A DNA stretch of 64,000 nt, from the NCBI GenBank assembly GCA_000002435.2, contig CM018792.1; one strand, written 5' to 3'. The translations under genes were made by a program, and so were the position numbers. This stretch comes from Giardia intestinalis (lineage: Eukaryota). Positions 9,872-16,759 of the stretch are shown piece after piece; within the stretch, counting starts at the first letter, position 1; each line of letters starts with the position of its first letter. Under the pieces are notes generated by a model. The model made no database searches and was not told where the DNA came from. It saw only the letters and a list, made by a program, of their open reading frames with translations.

Positions 9872-12466
9872 CTACGCCTTTCCTCTGCAGATGAACCACC
9901 AGCAGAGGAACCCAACAAGACCCCCCACGATAACGATGACTGCGACAGAAATGCCTGCGATGGCGCCTGTGCTAAGACCGCTCTTGTTGACGTTTCCACC
10001 GGTACTGTCGCCATCTTTCATGAGGTAGCAGAGAACGGGGCCAGTATTGCTAGGTGGAGGGGCGCAGTTTAAGCAGCCCTTGACGCCAGTGATCCCGTTG
10101 CTATCATTTTCGCAGGATGTGCAGGCGCCTTCTAATGCAATCTTGTAGTATCCTGTGGCGCACGTCGTGCAGGTGTTTGCAGCATTGGCGGCTGAGCATG
10201 TCTTGCAAGTAGGATCGCACGAGGGGCAGGTTCCAGCACCATCCGGACCAAGACTATTGGTGCATGTCTGGCACTTTCCTTTGTTATCAGTTAGTGCACA
10301 TACCTGCTTCCCAGGCTGTCTCGTTATTTCATAGCACCCGCCTCCCTGGACGAAGTATCCGGCGGCGCAGACCGTGCAGGCACCGTCAGCGGCAGTGGTG
10401 CAGAACTGAGTCCTGGCCGCATTGCTTGTGCAGACGCCATTGAGCGGCACGTTGTTCCCCTTGCACTTCGAGCAGTACTTGGTACCTCCAATTGTTAGGC
10501 CGCATGTCTCGCACTCCGGGCCCTCCACGCATTGCTCCACGCACTGGCCGCCCTCATTAAGCTTGCTCTCGTCGGCGTACCTCAGCATCTTCCCGGCGGG
10601 ACAGGCCGTGCACCTGGAAGCGCCGGCCCCGCTGCACTCCGCACAGGAGGGGTCGCAGGGCGCGCACGTTTGCCCGGATAGATACGTTCCGGCAGGGCAG
10701 TCGGTGAGACATGCCTTCTTCGTCGGGGTCAGATGCTTGCCTGGTTCACACGCGTCGCAAGTCTGCTTGTCCTGGGAGCACGTCTGGCAGTTCACGATCG
10801 GGCACTCGGCCGGCGCTGAGTTGCACTCCGTGTTACCCTCGTTGGGCACGAATCCCTGCTTGCACGCCACGCAAGTCTGCTTGTCCTGGGAGCACGTCTG
10901 GCAGTTCACGATCAGGCACTCGGCCGGCGCTGAGTTGCACTCCGTGTTACCCTCGTTGGGCACGAATCCCTGCTTGCACGCCACGCAAGTCTGCTTGTCC
11001 TGGGAGCACGTCTGGCAGTTCACGATCGGGCACTCGGCCGGCGCTGAGTTGCACTCCGTGTTACCCTCGTTGGGCACGAATCCCTGCTTGCACGCCACGC
11101 AAGTCTGCTTGTCCTGGGAGCACGTCTGGCAGTTCACGATCGGGCACTCGGCCGGCGCTGAGTTGCACTCCGTGTTACCCTCGTTGGGCACGAATCCCTG
11201 CTTGCACGCCACGCAAGTCTGCTTGTCCTGGGAGCACGTCTGGCAGTTCACGATCAGGCACTCGGCCGGCGCTGAGTTGCACTCCGTGTTACCCTCGTTG
11301 GGCACGAATCCCTGCTTGCACGCCACGCAAGTCTGCTTGTCCTGGGAGCACGTCTGGCAGTTCACGATCGGGCACTCGGCCGGCGCTGAGTTGCACTCCG
11401 TGTTACCCTCGTTGGGCACGAATCCCTGCTTGCACGCCACGCAAGTCTGCTTGTCCTGGGAGCACGTCTGGCAGTTCACGATCAGGCACTCGGCCGGCGC
11501 TGAGTTGCACTCCGTGTTACCCTCGTTGGGCACGAATCCCTGCTTGCACGCCACGCAAGTCTGCTTGTCCTGGGAGCACGTCTGGCAGTTCACGATCGGG
11601 CACTCGGCCGGCGCTGAGTTGCACTCCGTGTTACCCTCGTTGGGCACGAATCCCTGCTTGCACGCCACGCAAGTCTGCTTGTCCTGGGAGCACGTCTGGC
11701 AGTTCACGATCGGGCACTCGGCCGGCGCTGAGTTGCACTCCGTGTTACCCTCGTTGGGCACGAATCCCTGCTTGCACGCCACGCAAGTCTGCTTGTCCTG
11801 GGAGCACGTCTGGCAGTTCACGATCGGGCACTCGGCCGGCGCTGAGTTGCACTCCGTGTTACCCTCGTTGGGCACGAATCCCTGCTTGCACGCCACGCAA
11901 GTCTGCTTGTCCTGGGAGCACGTCTGGCAGTTCACGATCGGGCACTCGGCCGGCGCTGAGTTGCACTCCGTGTTACCCTCGTTGGGCACGAATCCCTGCT
12001 TGCACGCCACGCAAGTCTGCTTGTCCTGGGAGCACGTCTGGCAGTTCACGATCGGGCACTCGGCCGGCGCTGAGTTGCACTCCGTGTTACCCTCGTTGGG
12101 CACGAATCCCTGCTTGCACGCCACGCAAGTCTGCTTGTCCTGGGAGCACGTCTGGCAGTTCACGATCGGGCACTCGGCCGGCGCTGAGTTGCACTCCGTG
12201 TTACCCTCGTTGGGCACGAATCCCTGCTTGCACGCCACGCAAGTCTGCTTGTCCTGGGAGCACGTCTGGCAGTTCACGATCGGGCACTCGGCCGGCGCTG
12301 AGTTGCACTCCGTGTTACCCTCGTTGGGCACGAATCCCTGCTTGCACGCCACGCAAGTCTGCTTGTCCTGGGAGCACGTCTGGCAGTTCACGATCGGGCA
12401 GTCGGTTGATACTGATGTACGGTGAGCTTGTGTCACTGTAAAAACTAGGAGAAATCCTACCAACAT
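9872..12466 (-). CDS. VSP: Variant-specific surface protein (VSP), 864 aa. It has a signal peptide, about 14.6 tandem 38-aa cysteine-rich repeats, a Cys-rich body with CXXC and GGCY motifs, a transmembrane helix and a CRGKA tail.
   Basis: The ATG is at 12466..12464 (MLVGFLLVFTVTQA, signal-peptide-like). There are numerous CXXC motifs and the sequence FVQGGGCYEI. The C-terminus reads ...GAIAGISVAVIVIVGGLVGFLCWWFICRGKA*, which is the hallmark VSP transmembrane helix plus the invariant 5-residue CRGKA cytoplasmic tail. The stop TAG is at 9872..9874 and the VSP poly(A) motif follows it. Confidence 0.95.
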   Translation of the reverse strand: MLVGFLLVFTVTQAHRTSVSTDCPIVNCQTCSQDKQTCVACKQGFVPNEGNTECNSAPAECPIVNCQTCSQDKQTCVACKQGFVPNEGNTECNSAPAECPIVNCQTCSQDKQTCVACKQGFVPNEGNTECNSAPAECPIVNCQTCSQDKQTCVACKQGFVPNEGNTECNSAPAECPIVNCQTCSQDKQTCVACKQGFVPNEGNTECNSAPAECPIVNCQTCSQDKQTCVACKQGFVPNEGNTECNSAPAECPIVNCQTCSQDKQTCVACKQGFVPNEGNTECNSAPAECPIVNCQTCSQDKQTCVACKQGFVPNEGNTECNSAPAECLIVNCQTCSQDKQTCVACKQGFVPNEGNTECNSAPAECPIVNCQTCSQDKQTCVACKQGFVPNEGNTECNSAPAECLIVNCQTCSQDKQTCVACKQGFVPNEGNTECNSAPAECPIVNCQTCSQDKQTCVACKQGFVPNEGNTECNSAPAECPIVNCQTCSQDKQTCVACKQGFVPNEGNTECNSAPAECLIVNCQTCSQDKQTCVACKQGFVPNEGNTECNSAPAECPIVNCQTCSQDKQTCDACEPGKHLTPTKKACLTDCPAGTYLSGQTCAPCDPSCAECSGAGASRCTACPAGKMLRYADESKLNEGGQCVEQCVEGPECETCGLTIGGTKYCSKCKGNNVPLNGVCTSNAARTQFCTTAADGACTVCAAGYFVQGGGCYEITRQPGKQVCALTDNKGKCQTCTNSLGPDGAGTCPSCDPTCKTCSAANAANTCTTCATGYYKIALEGACTSCENDSNGITGVKGCLNCAPPPSNTGPVLCYLMKDGDSTGGNVNKSGLSTGAIAGISVAVIVIVGGLVGFLCWWFICRGKA
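10753..12413. repeat. Tandem array of about 14.6 copies of a 114-bp unit; each unit encodes the 38-aa repeat CPIVNCQTCSQDKQTCVACKQGFVPNEGNTECNSAPAE of the VSP
   Basis: The period of 114 bp can be read directly; for example, gcaagtctgc recurs at 10871, 10985 and so on. The copies are essentially identical apart from one recurrent CGG/CAG difference (Pro or Leu in CPIVNC versus CLIVNC). The array produces long spurious stop-free ORFs on the opposite strand (10422..12425 and 10711..12441). Confidence 0.95.
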
Positions 12467-13499
12467 TAGCCGGGTTAGTATGCCACTGCTCTTCCGTCAG
12501 GCTGGTGTGTTGCCGCGAGCAGTGAGAGACAGCCGCTCTTGCTCTCTTGATCGGTTGGACTGGAGAAGGACGAGATAGGAGCACACCCACCGGAGGCCAG
12601 TTGATAGCGCAGTTCCCCCTGGCTTCAGTAGGAACAGGACCAGTGAGGGACAGACTCAGATCGCACCTCTCTTGTGGAATGATTGGTCGGGGTGCACTCT
12701 TGTACATTGCTGTGGAGTATTCGTTGGCTTCCTCTGCAGGGGCAGGGCGTCCCGGTAGTAAATGCGTCACATTACATCTGCTCGCTCCATGGCCTCTGCG
12801 GCGCTATTCTATAAAGCTGCTGATTAGAGATCTCTAAGCGAATGCTCTCACTGGTCACAAGAGGGCAGAAGATAGACCCCCATAACTTTCGCTTCTCATC
12901 TGACCACCACGAGCCTGTTGCTTTCCATCCACGCCTCTCTTCCCCCGGACCGGCCTCGTGCTCCTTCGTCCAGCGCACCATAGTGGAGTACACAGCCTCC
13001 TGTGCTGCCTGGCCGCAGGGTCCGCTGACGTGTGGGCCTACTCGCCCCAGACCCCATTGCAGAGCCAAAGGCTTCAGCGGAGAGACGTGCTCAGGTGCAC
13101 CGCCAGACAGTGTCTCGGCGCCCCGTGACCACCTGGATCCATCCCCGGAGGTAACAGATGCAGCTCCGCCTTATGAGGGGGAGAGCGCCGGCGGCTGACT
13201 CCGCGACTGCAGTGCTCCACGTAGGGACAGCCGGGCCATCCTCTGGCTCTCTGGACGGCAAGCGTGTGCCGAGAAGGAGGCGTCGGTGGACCGTGGCCCT
13301 CCACAGACTGGGTAGGTGGCCAGTGCCGGGGCTCGTCAACCATGGTGAGCTAGCTGATCGGGTGTCTCCCTACCGCATGGCTGGGACGTACAGAATAGCT
13401 CTGGACAGAACGCCAGACGCGAAGGAGCCGTCTCGCACAGGGCAGCCCCACGCTGCGGCCTATTTTCATTTAATCCCGCCTCGCTTGCCCGCGCCCCGG

Positions 13500-14645
13500 A
13501 TGGCTCTTTCGTTCCAGTTCACCCTGTCGCAGACCCCCGAGGCCCTCACGGCCTGCGTGCGGGTCCCGGCGGGCGTGCCACCCCGGTCGCTCGAGGTGAC
13601 GGTCACCGACCTGTGCATCACGATCTCTGCGCCGGAGCGCTACGTCTCCAACATAGACCTCTACGACGCCGTCCAGCTGGAGAACGCGCGCTGCAAGTTC
13701 AGCGGCGGATGCCTCGTGGTCCACCTCCTGAAGAAGACCCCGGGCACGTGGGCTGCGCTGGAGTTCGACGGGAGCCCCGAGGAGGCCGCGAGGCGCCGCG
13801 AGGAGTCCTATGCGCGGTATGATGCATACGTCCGGGAGCAGGCCAGGAGGGAGGCAGAGGCCGCGGCGGCCGAGAAGCGCAGGCAGGTCGACGCGGACAT
13901 CGAGGCCCGCCAGCGGCAGGCCGGCGAGGAGCGGAGGATGCGCGAGCAGCAGGTCTCGGCTCTGCGGCGGCAGGTGGAGGAGGCCCCGGACGAGGCGCCG
14001 AGGCCCCCCGCCGACCCCGAGGCCCGGATGCCTGCGGTGCGCACGGAGAGCACGGTGGTCATCGAGGCGTCCTTCACGAGGCGCACGGTCGCCGTCCCCG
14101 CGCGCGACGGGCGGGACATCTACGCAGACGGGCAGCTGGGGCCGGTCGCAGGGGCTGCCCAGCATCCGCCCCCCGGCGAGGCCGACGTGAAGGCCGGCGA
14201 GCACCGGCGCCGCCTTACCCCGTACGAGCTCCTCGACCAGGCGAAGAGGCTCGCCACGCGGGGCGTCGGGGCAGACCTCCCGGCCGCCATGGAGCTCGCG
14301 GGCCAGGCGAGGGAGCAGCTTCCCCTGAGCATGGACGCCGTCGTCCTCTACGCCTCCCTCTCCCTGCGCGAGGGGCGCTACGAGCAGGCCCTCGAGGCGA
14401 CGGACGCGGGCCTCACGGTTCTGGGCGGAAGGCACCCGCTGCAGCAGAGCAGGGAGCCCCCGGTCTACAGCAGGGAGCTCCGGAGCGCCGTCCACGCGCT
14501 GAGGGGGGCAGCCCTGGCGCAGGCGAAGCGGGTGCGCGAGGCCCTGGCCCACACCGAGGCTGCGCTCGAGCTCACCCCCGACAACGAGGGGCTCGCCCAC
14601 GACGCCCGCCTGCTCCGGGAGATCGTCGCCCAGGTGCTCGCGTAG
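13500..14645 (+). CDS. DNAAF4: DNAAF4/DYX1C1-like protein (382 aa): an N-terminal CS (p23/HSP20-like) domain, a charged coiled-coil linker and C-terminal TPR repeats. It is a candidate axonemal dynein assembly factor.
   Basis: From MALSFQFTLSQTPEALTACVRVPAGVPPRSLEVTVTDLCITISAPERYVSNIDLYDAVQLENARCKFSGGCLVVHLLKKTPGTWAALEF the protein aligns with the DYX1C1 N-terminal CS domain. That is followed by an Arg/Glu/Ala-rich helix and a TPR-like C-terminus (...AKRLATRGVGADLPAAMELAGQAREQL...YEQALEATDAGL...). The ORF track begins at an upstream ATG (13158), but the 114 additional residues are Arg/Pro-rich junk with no AT-rich initiator. The ATG at 13500 sits 25-40 nt after tattttcatttaatcc, so I prefer it. 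The stop TAG is at 14643..14645. Confidence 0.7.
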   Translation: MALSFQFTLSQTPEALTACVRVPAGVPPRSLEVTVTDLCITISAPERYVSNIDLYDAVQLENARCKFSGGCLVVHLLKKTPGTWAALEFDGSPEEAARRREESYARYDAYVREQARREAEAAAAEKRRQVDADIEARQRQAGEERRMREQQVSALRRQVEEAPDEAPRPPADPEARMPAVRTESTVVIEASFTRRTVAVPARDGRDIYADGQLGPVAGAAQHPPPGEADVKAGEHRRRLTPYELLDQAKRLATRGVGADLPAAMELAGQAREQLPLSMDAVVLYASLSLREGRYEQALEATDAGLTVLGGRHPLQQSREPPVYSRELRSAVHALRGAALAQAKRVREALAHTEAALELTPDNEGLAHDARLLREIVAQVLA

Positions 14646-14685
14646 CCGCCCGTCTGTAAACTAGCCGGCCTTAAAAATCGCGGCC

Positions 14686-15945
14686 ATGGACGGCGCCCCG
14701 CACCTGGTCTTCCACGCGCCCGTCGGAGAGGCGGACGCGACGACGGCCTTCGCCAAGCAGCTGGCAAACGCGTTCCCGGGCCGGCTCTCTGTCGACGTGA
14801 CCTCCTCCCTCTCGAGGCCGCTTCCCGAGCGCGCCCTGCTTGTCGTCTCTGCGGGGCTGGAGACCCTCAGCCAGGCAGACGTCCAGGCGATCAAGGGCCA
14901 CAGGCGCTCCGGCGGCCCCGTGCTCGTCATGGTCGCCGACGCGGCCCGGACCCGCTTTTCCGAGCACGCCGAGAAGATGCTCAACGAGCTGGGGATCTCG
15001 GGCATCAGGGCAGACCCCGTGATATCCTCCGTCCACACCCCCGGCCTGTACCACCCGACGCACCTGCTCCTCACCGCCTCGTCCTTCGTCTGCTCCTCGC
15101 TGCTCACCAAGCTGGAGAAGGCGCGCCCCGCGGCGGAGGCCCGCGACGTCTCCGTCGTCTACCCCTGCGGGACGTCGTTCGCAGTCAACCCGAGCCTGGC
15201 GGCCGTCGTGCTCTCGTCGGGCGACAGCGCGTTCCCGCCGAACCAGCCCGTCGCGGCCGCCCTGCGCGAGGACGGCGCCGCGAGGCTCGGCCGGTGCGTG
15301 GTGCTCGGCACGTCGCGGATGTTCGCCGACGGCTTCCTCGCGAGGTTCGACAACCGCGCCCTCTTCGAGCTGATCCTCCAGTACCTCCTGCGCCACCCGG
15401 ACGCGCCCGCCCTCGCCTCTGCCGCAAACGTGAACGAGTCCCTCCTGGGAGGGGCCGAGGAGTCCGTTTACATCCCAGACACGCAGACGGTCGCGCTGAA
15501 CATGCGCGCCTGCCTGCACGCCCCCGACGCGCTTCCAGACGACTTCACAGACCTCCTGGACACCGTCCCGTCGGCGAACCCGAGCATCCTGCCGCAGGTC
15601 TCGGCCCTGTACGAGAAGATGGGATTCAGCAGGTCAGAGCCCACGCTGAAGCTGGTGAACCCCAGCTTTGAAAAGCCCACGCCGCCCCTCATCCCGGCGG
15701 TCCACTTCCCCGTCCTCCCCGACCCGCCCGGGGCGCCCCTGCTGGAGCTGTTCGACCTGGACACAGAGCTGGCCAGCGAGCAGACGCGCCTGAACAAGCT
15801 CGCGTCCAAGTGCACAAACAGCGACGTCGAGTTCTTCCTCCGGCAGGCCGGGGACCTCCTGAACATAGGCGGCTCGCCGAAGGAGATCCTGTACCACGTG
15901 CTTGTCTCCACGGTCAACTTCAAGAAGGGCATGGCCGGCAAGTGA
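14686..15945 (+). CDS. IFT52: Intraflagellar transport protein IFT52 (IFT-B complex), 419 aa
   Basis: The ATG at 14686 is preceded by ccttaaaaatcgcggccATG. The N-terminal GIFT-like region (LLVVSAGLETLSQADVQAIKGHRRSGGPVLVMVADAA...NELGISGIRADPVISSVHTPGLYHPTHLLL; VVYPCGTSFAVNPSLAAVVLSSGDSAFPPNQPVAA) and the C-terminal segment (PAVHFPVLPDPPGAPLLELFDLDTELASEQTRLNKLASKCTNSDVEFFLRQAGDLLNI) align closely with metazoan and Chlamydomonas IFT52, for example PAVFPPSFRELPPPPLELFDLDETFSSEKARLAQITNKCTEEDLEFYVRKCGDILGV. The stop TGA is at 15943..15945. Confidence 0.9.
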   Translation: MDGAPHLVFHAPVGEADATTAFAKQLANAFPGRLSVDVTSSLSRPLPERALLVVSAGLETLSQADVQAIKGHRRSGGPVLVMVADAARTRFSEHAEKMLNELGISGIRADPVISSVHTPGLYHPTHLLLTASSFVCSSLLTKLEKARPAAEARDVSVVYPCGTSFAVNPSLAAVVLSSGDSAFPPNQPVAAALREDGAARLGRCVVLGTSRMFADGFLARFDNRALFELILQYLLRHPDAPALASAANVNESLLGGAEESVYIPDTQTVALNMRACLHAPDALPDDFTDLLDTVPSANPSILPQVSALYEKMGFSRSEPTLKLVNPSFEKPTPPLIPAVHFPVLPDPPGAPLLELFDLDTELASEQTRLNKLASKCTNSDVEFFLRQAGDLLNIGGSPKEILYHVLVSTVNFKKGMAGK

Positions 15946-15960
15946 ATGGTGCCCGCGGGC

Positions 15961-16248
15961 TCAGTAGTAGTAGACGGCATACAGGTTGGCGATGCAGATG
16001 ATGTCGTCGTTCTGGTACACGTGGCGGAGCTCCGCGTCGGCGTCGGCGTCGAAGTAGCACTTGTTCTCGCTCCGGATGCCTTGGCCCTTCTGGCCGATGA
16101 TGGTCACGGAGACGCAGATCTTGAACCTGCTGTCCGAGATGAGCCGCACCTTGGCCCGGATCTCGTCTGCGAGCTCCTTGGACACCTTGGCGCAGTCCTC
16201 GGAGTCGTACTGCCGCCCGCGCAGCCGCCTCTCCACGATCTGCTTCAT
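15961..16248 (-). CDS. DYNLT: Tctex-1 family dynein light chain (DYNLT-like), 95 aa from the first ATG. The 5' end is uncertain.
   Basis: The C-terminal sequence ...FKICVSVTIIGQKGQGIRSENKCYFDADADAELRHVYQNDDIICIANLYAVYYY* matches the Tctex-1 signature (V.IGQ.G.G....SRCLWD...D......Y.N...FCV...FGVY). The ORF track starts at a GTG at 16302; the first in-frame ATG is at 16248..16246 (MKQIVERRL...). The stop TGA is at 15961..15963, 15 bp from the IFT52 stop on the opposite strand (convergent genes). Confidence 0.75.
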   Translation of the reverse strand: MKQIVERRLRGRQYDSEDCAKVSKELADEIRAKVRLISDSRFKICVSVTIIGQKGQGIRSENKCYFDADADAELRHVYQNDDIICIANLYAVYYY

Positions 16249-16759
16249 CTCCTCGTGGGCCTTCTGCCGGTCGAACCTTTTGGTCGGCGCCGAGGGACGC
16301 ACAAGCTCTATAATGCCTAATCATATCAGCCTCTGAGGTGAGTAGTGGTGTATAAGTCTGAGCTCAGCTTCTGAATAACAGCCCCAGCCCTGCCTTTCTG
16401 TGTTGCACACAGATCTGAACATCAAGCCAGGACAAGTGAGCAGGCACACACGGAGGGGCGTTCCACACTGCAAGATAAAAGCAGTCATTCTCTTGCTGCA
16501 TCTATTAGTAAGCCAATCGATAAGTAACCAGTCTGCATGTTCTCCGAAGTAGTGATGTTGTAAGAGATTGTCTGAATAACACTTAAGTGCTTATTCAGTC
16601 GTCTTGGATTGCCTTCAGAGTTAGACTCGTAGTCTGCAAGGATGATTACACTTATGTTTAATAGGACAGGAGTCTCAAGGACACATGTGTCTGGACTTGT
16701 GGAATCACAATCACTACACCCAATCACTCAAGATTGGGACAATCCTTTATTAAACAAAA

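Noticed and set aside
10422-12441. Two long plus-strand ORFs (667 aa and 576 aa) overlapping the VSP repeat array
   Set aside because: They are antisense reading frames of a perfect 114-bp tandem repeat that happen to lack stop codons. Their sequence is the same junk unit repeated, with no start context and no recognisable protein. The minus-strand VSP explains the DNA.
12842-13198. 118-aa ATG-initiated ORF in the spacer upstream of the VSP
   Set aside because: Pro/Ser/Arg-rich translation typical of GC-rich non-coding DNA. No initiator element or homology was seen. It is kept only as a note within the finding on the 1-kb GC-rich spacer.
13470-16324. Long antisense ORFs in the GC-rich block (13470..14600, 13808..14119, 14671..15519, 15468..15980, 15920..16324 and others)
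   Set aside because: The GC content of about 70% suppresses stop codons on all frames. The translations are Arg/Pro/Gly-rich nonsense. The sense-strand genes (DNAAF4-like, IFT52, Tctex-1) have clear homologues and AT-rich initiators.
16303-16440. Possible upstream mini-exon and intron for the Tctex-1 gene
   Set aside because: No GTATGT 5' splice site and no CT[AG]AC..CAG acceptor were found on the minus strand. The only nearby ATG (16324..16322) is out of frame. It is left as an open question rather than called.
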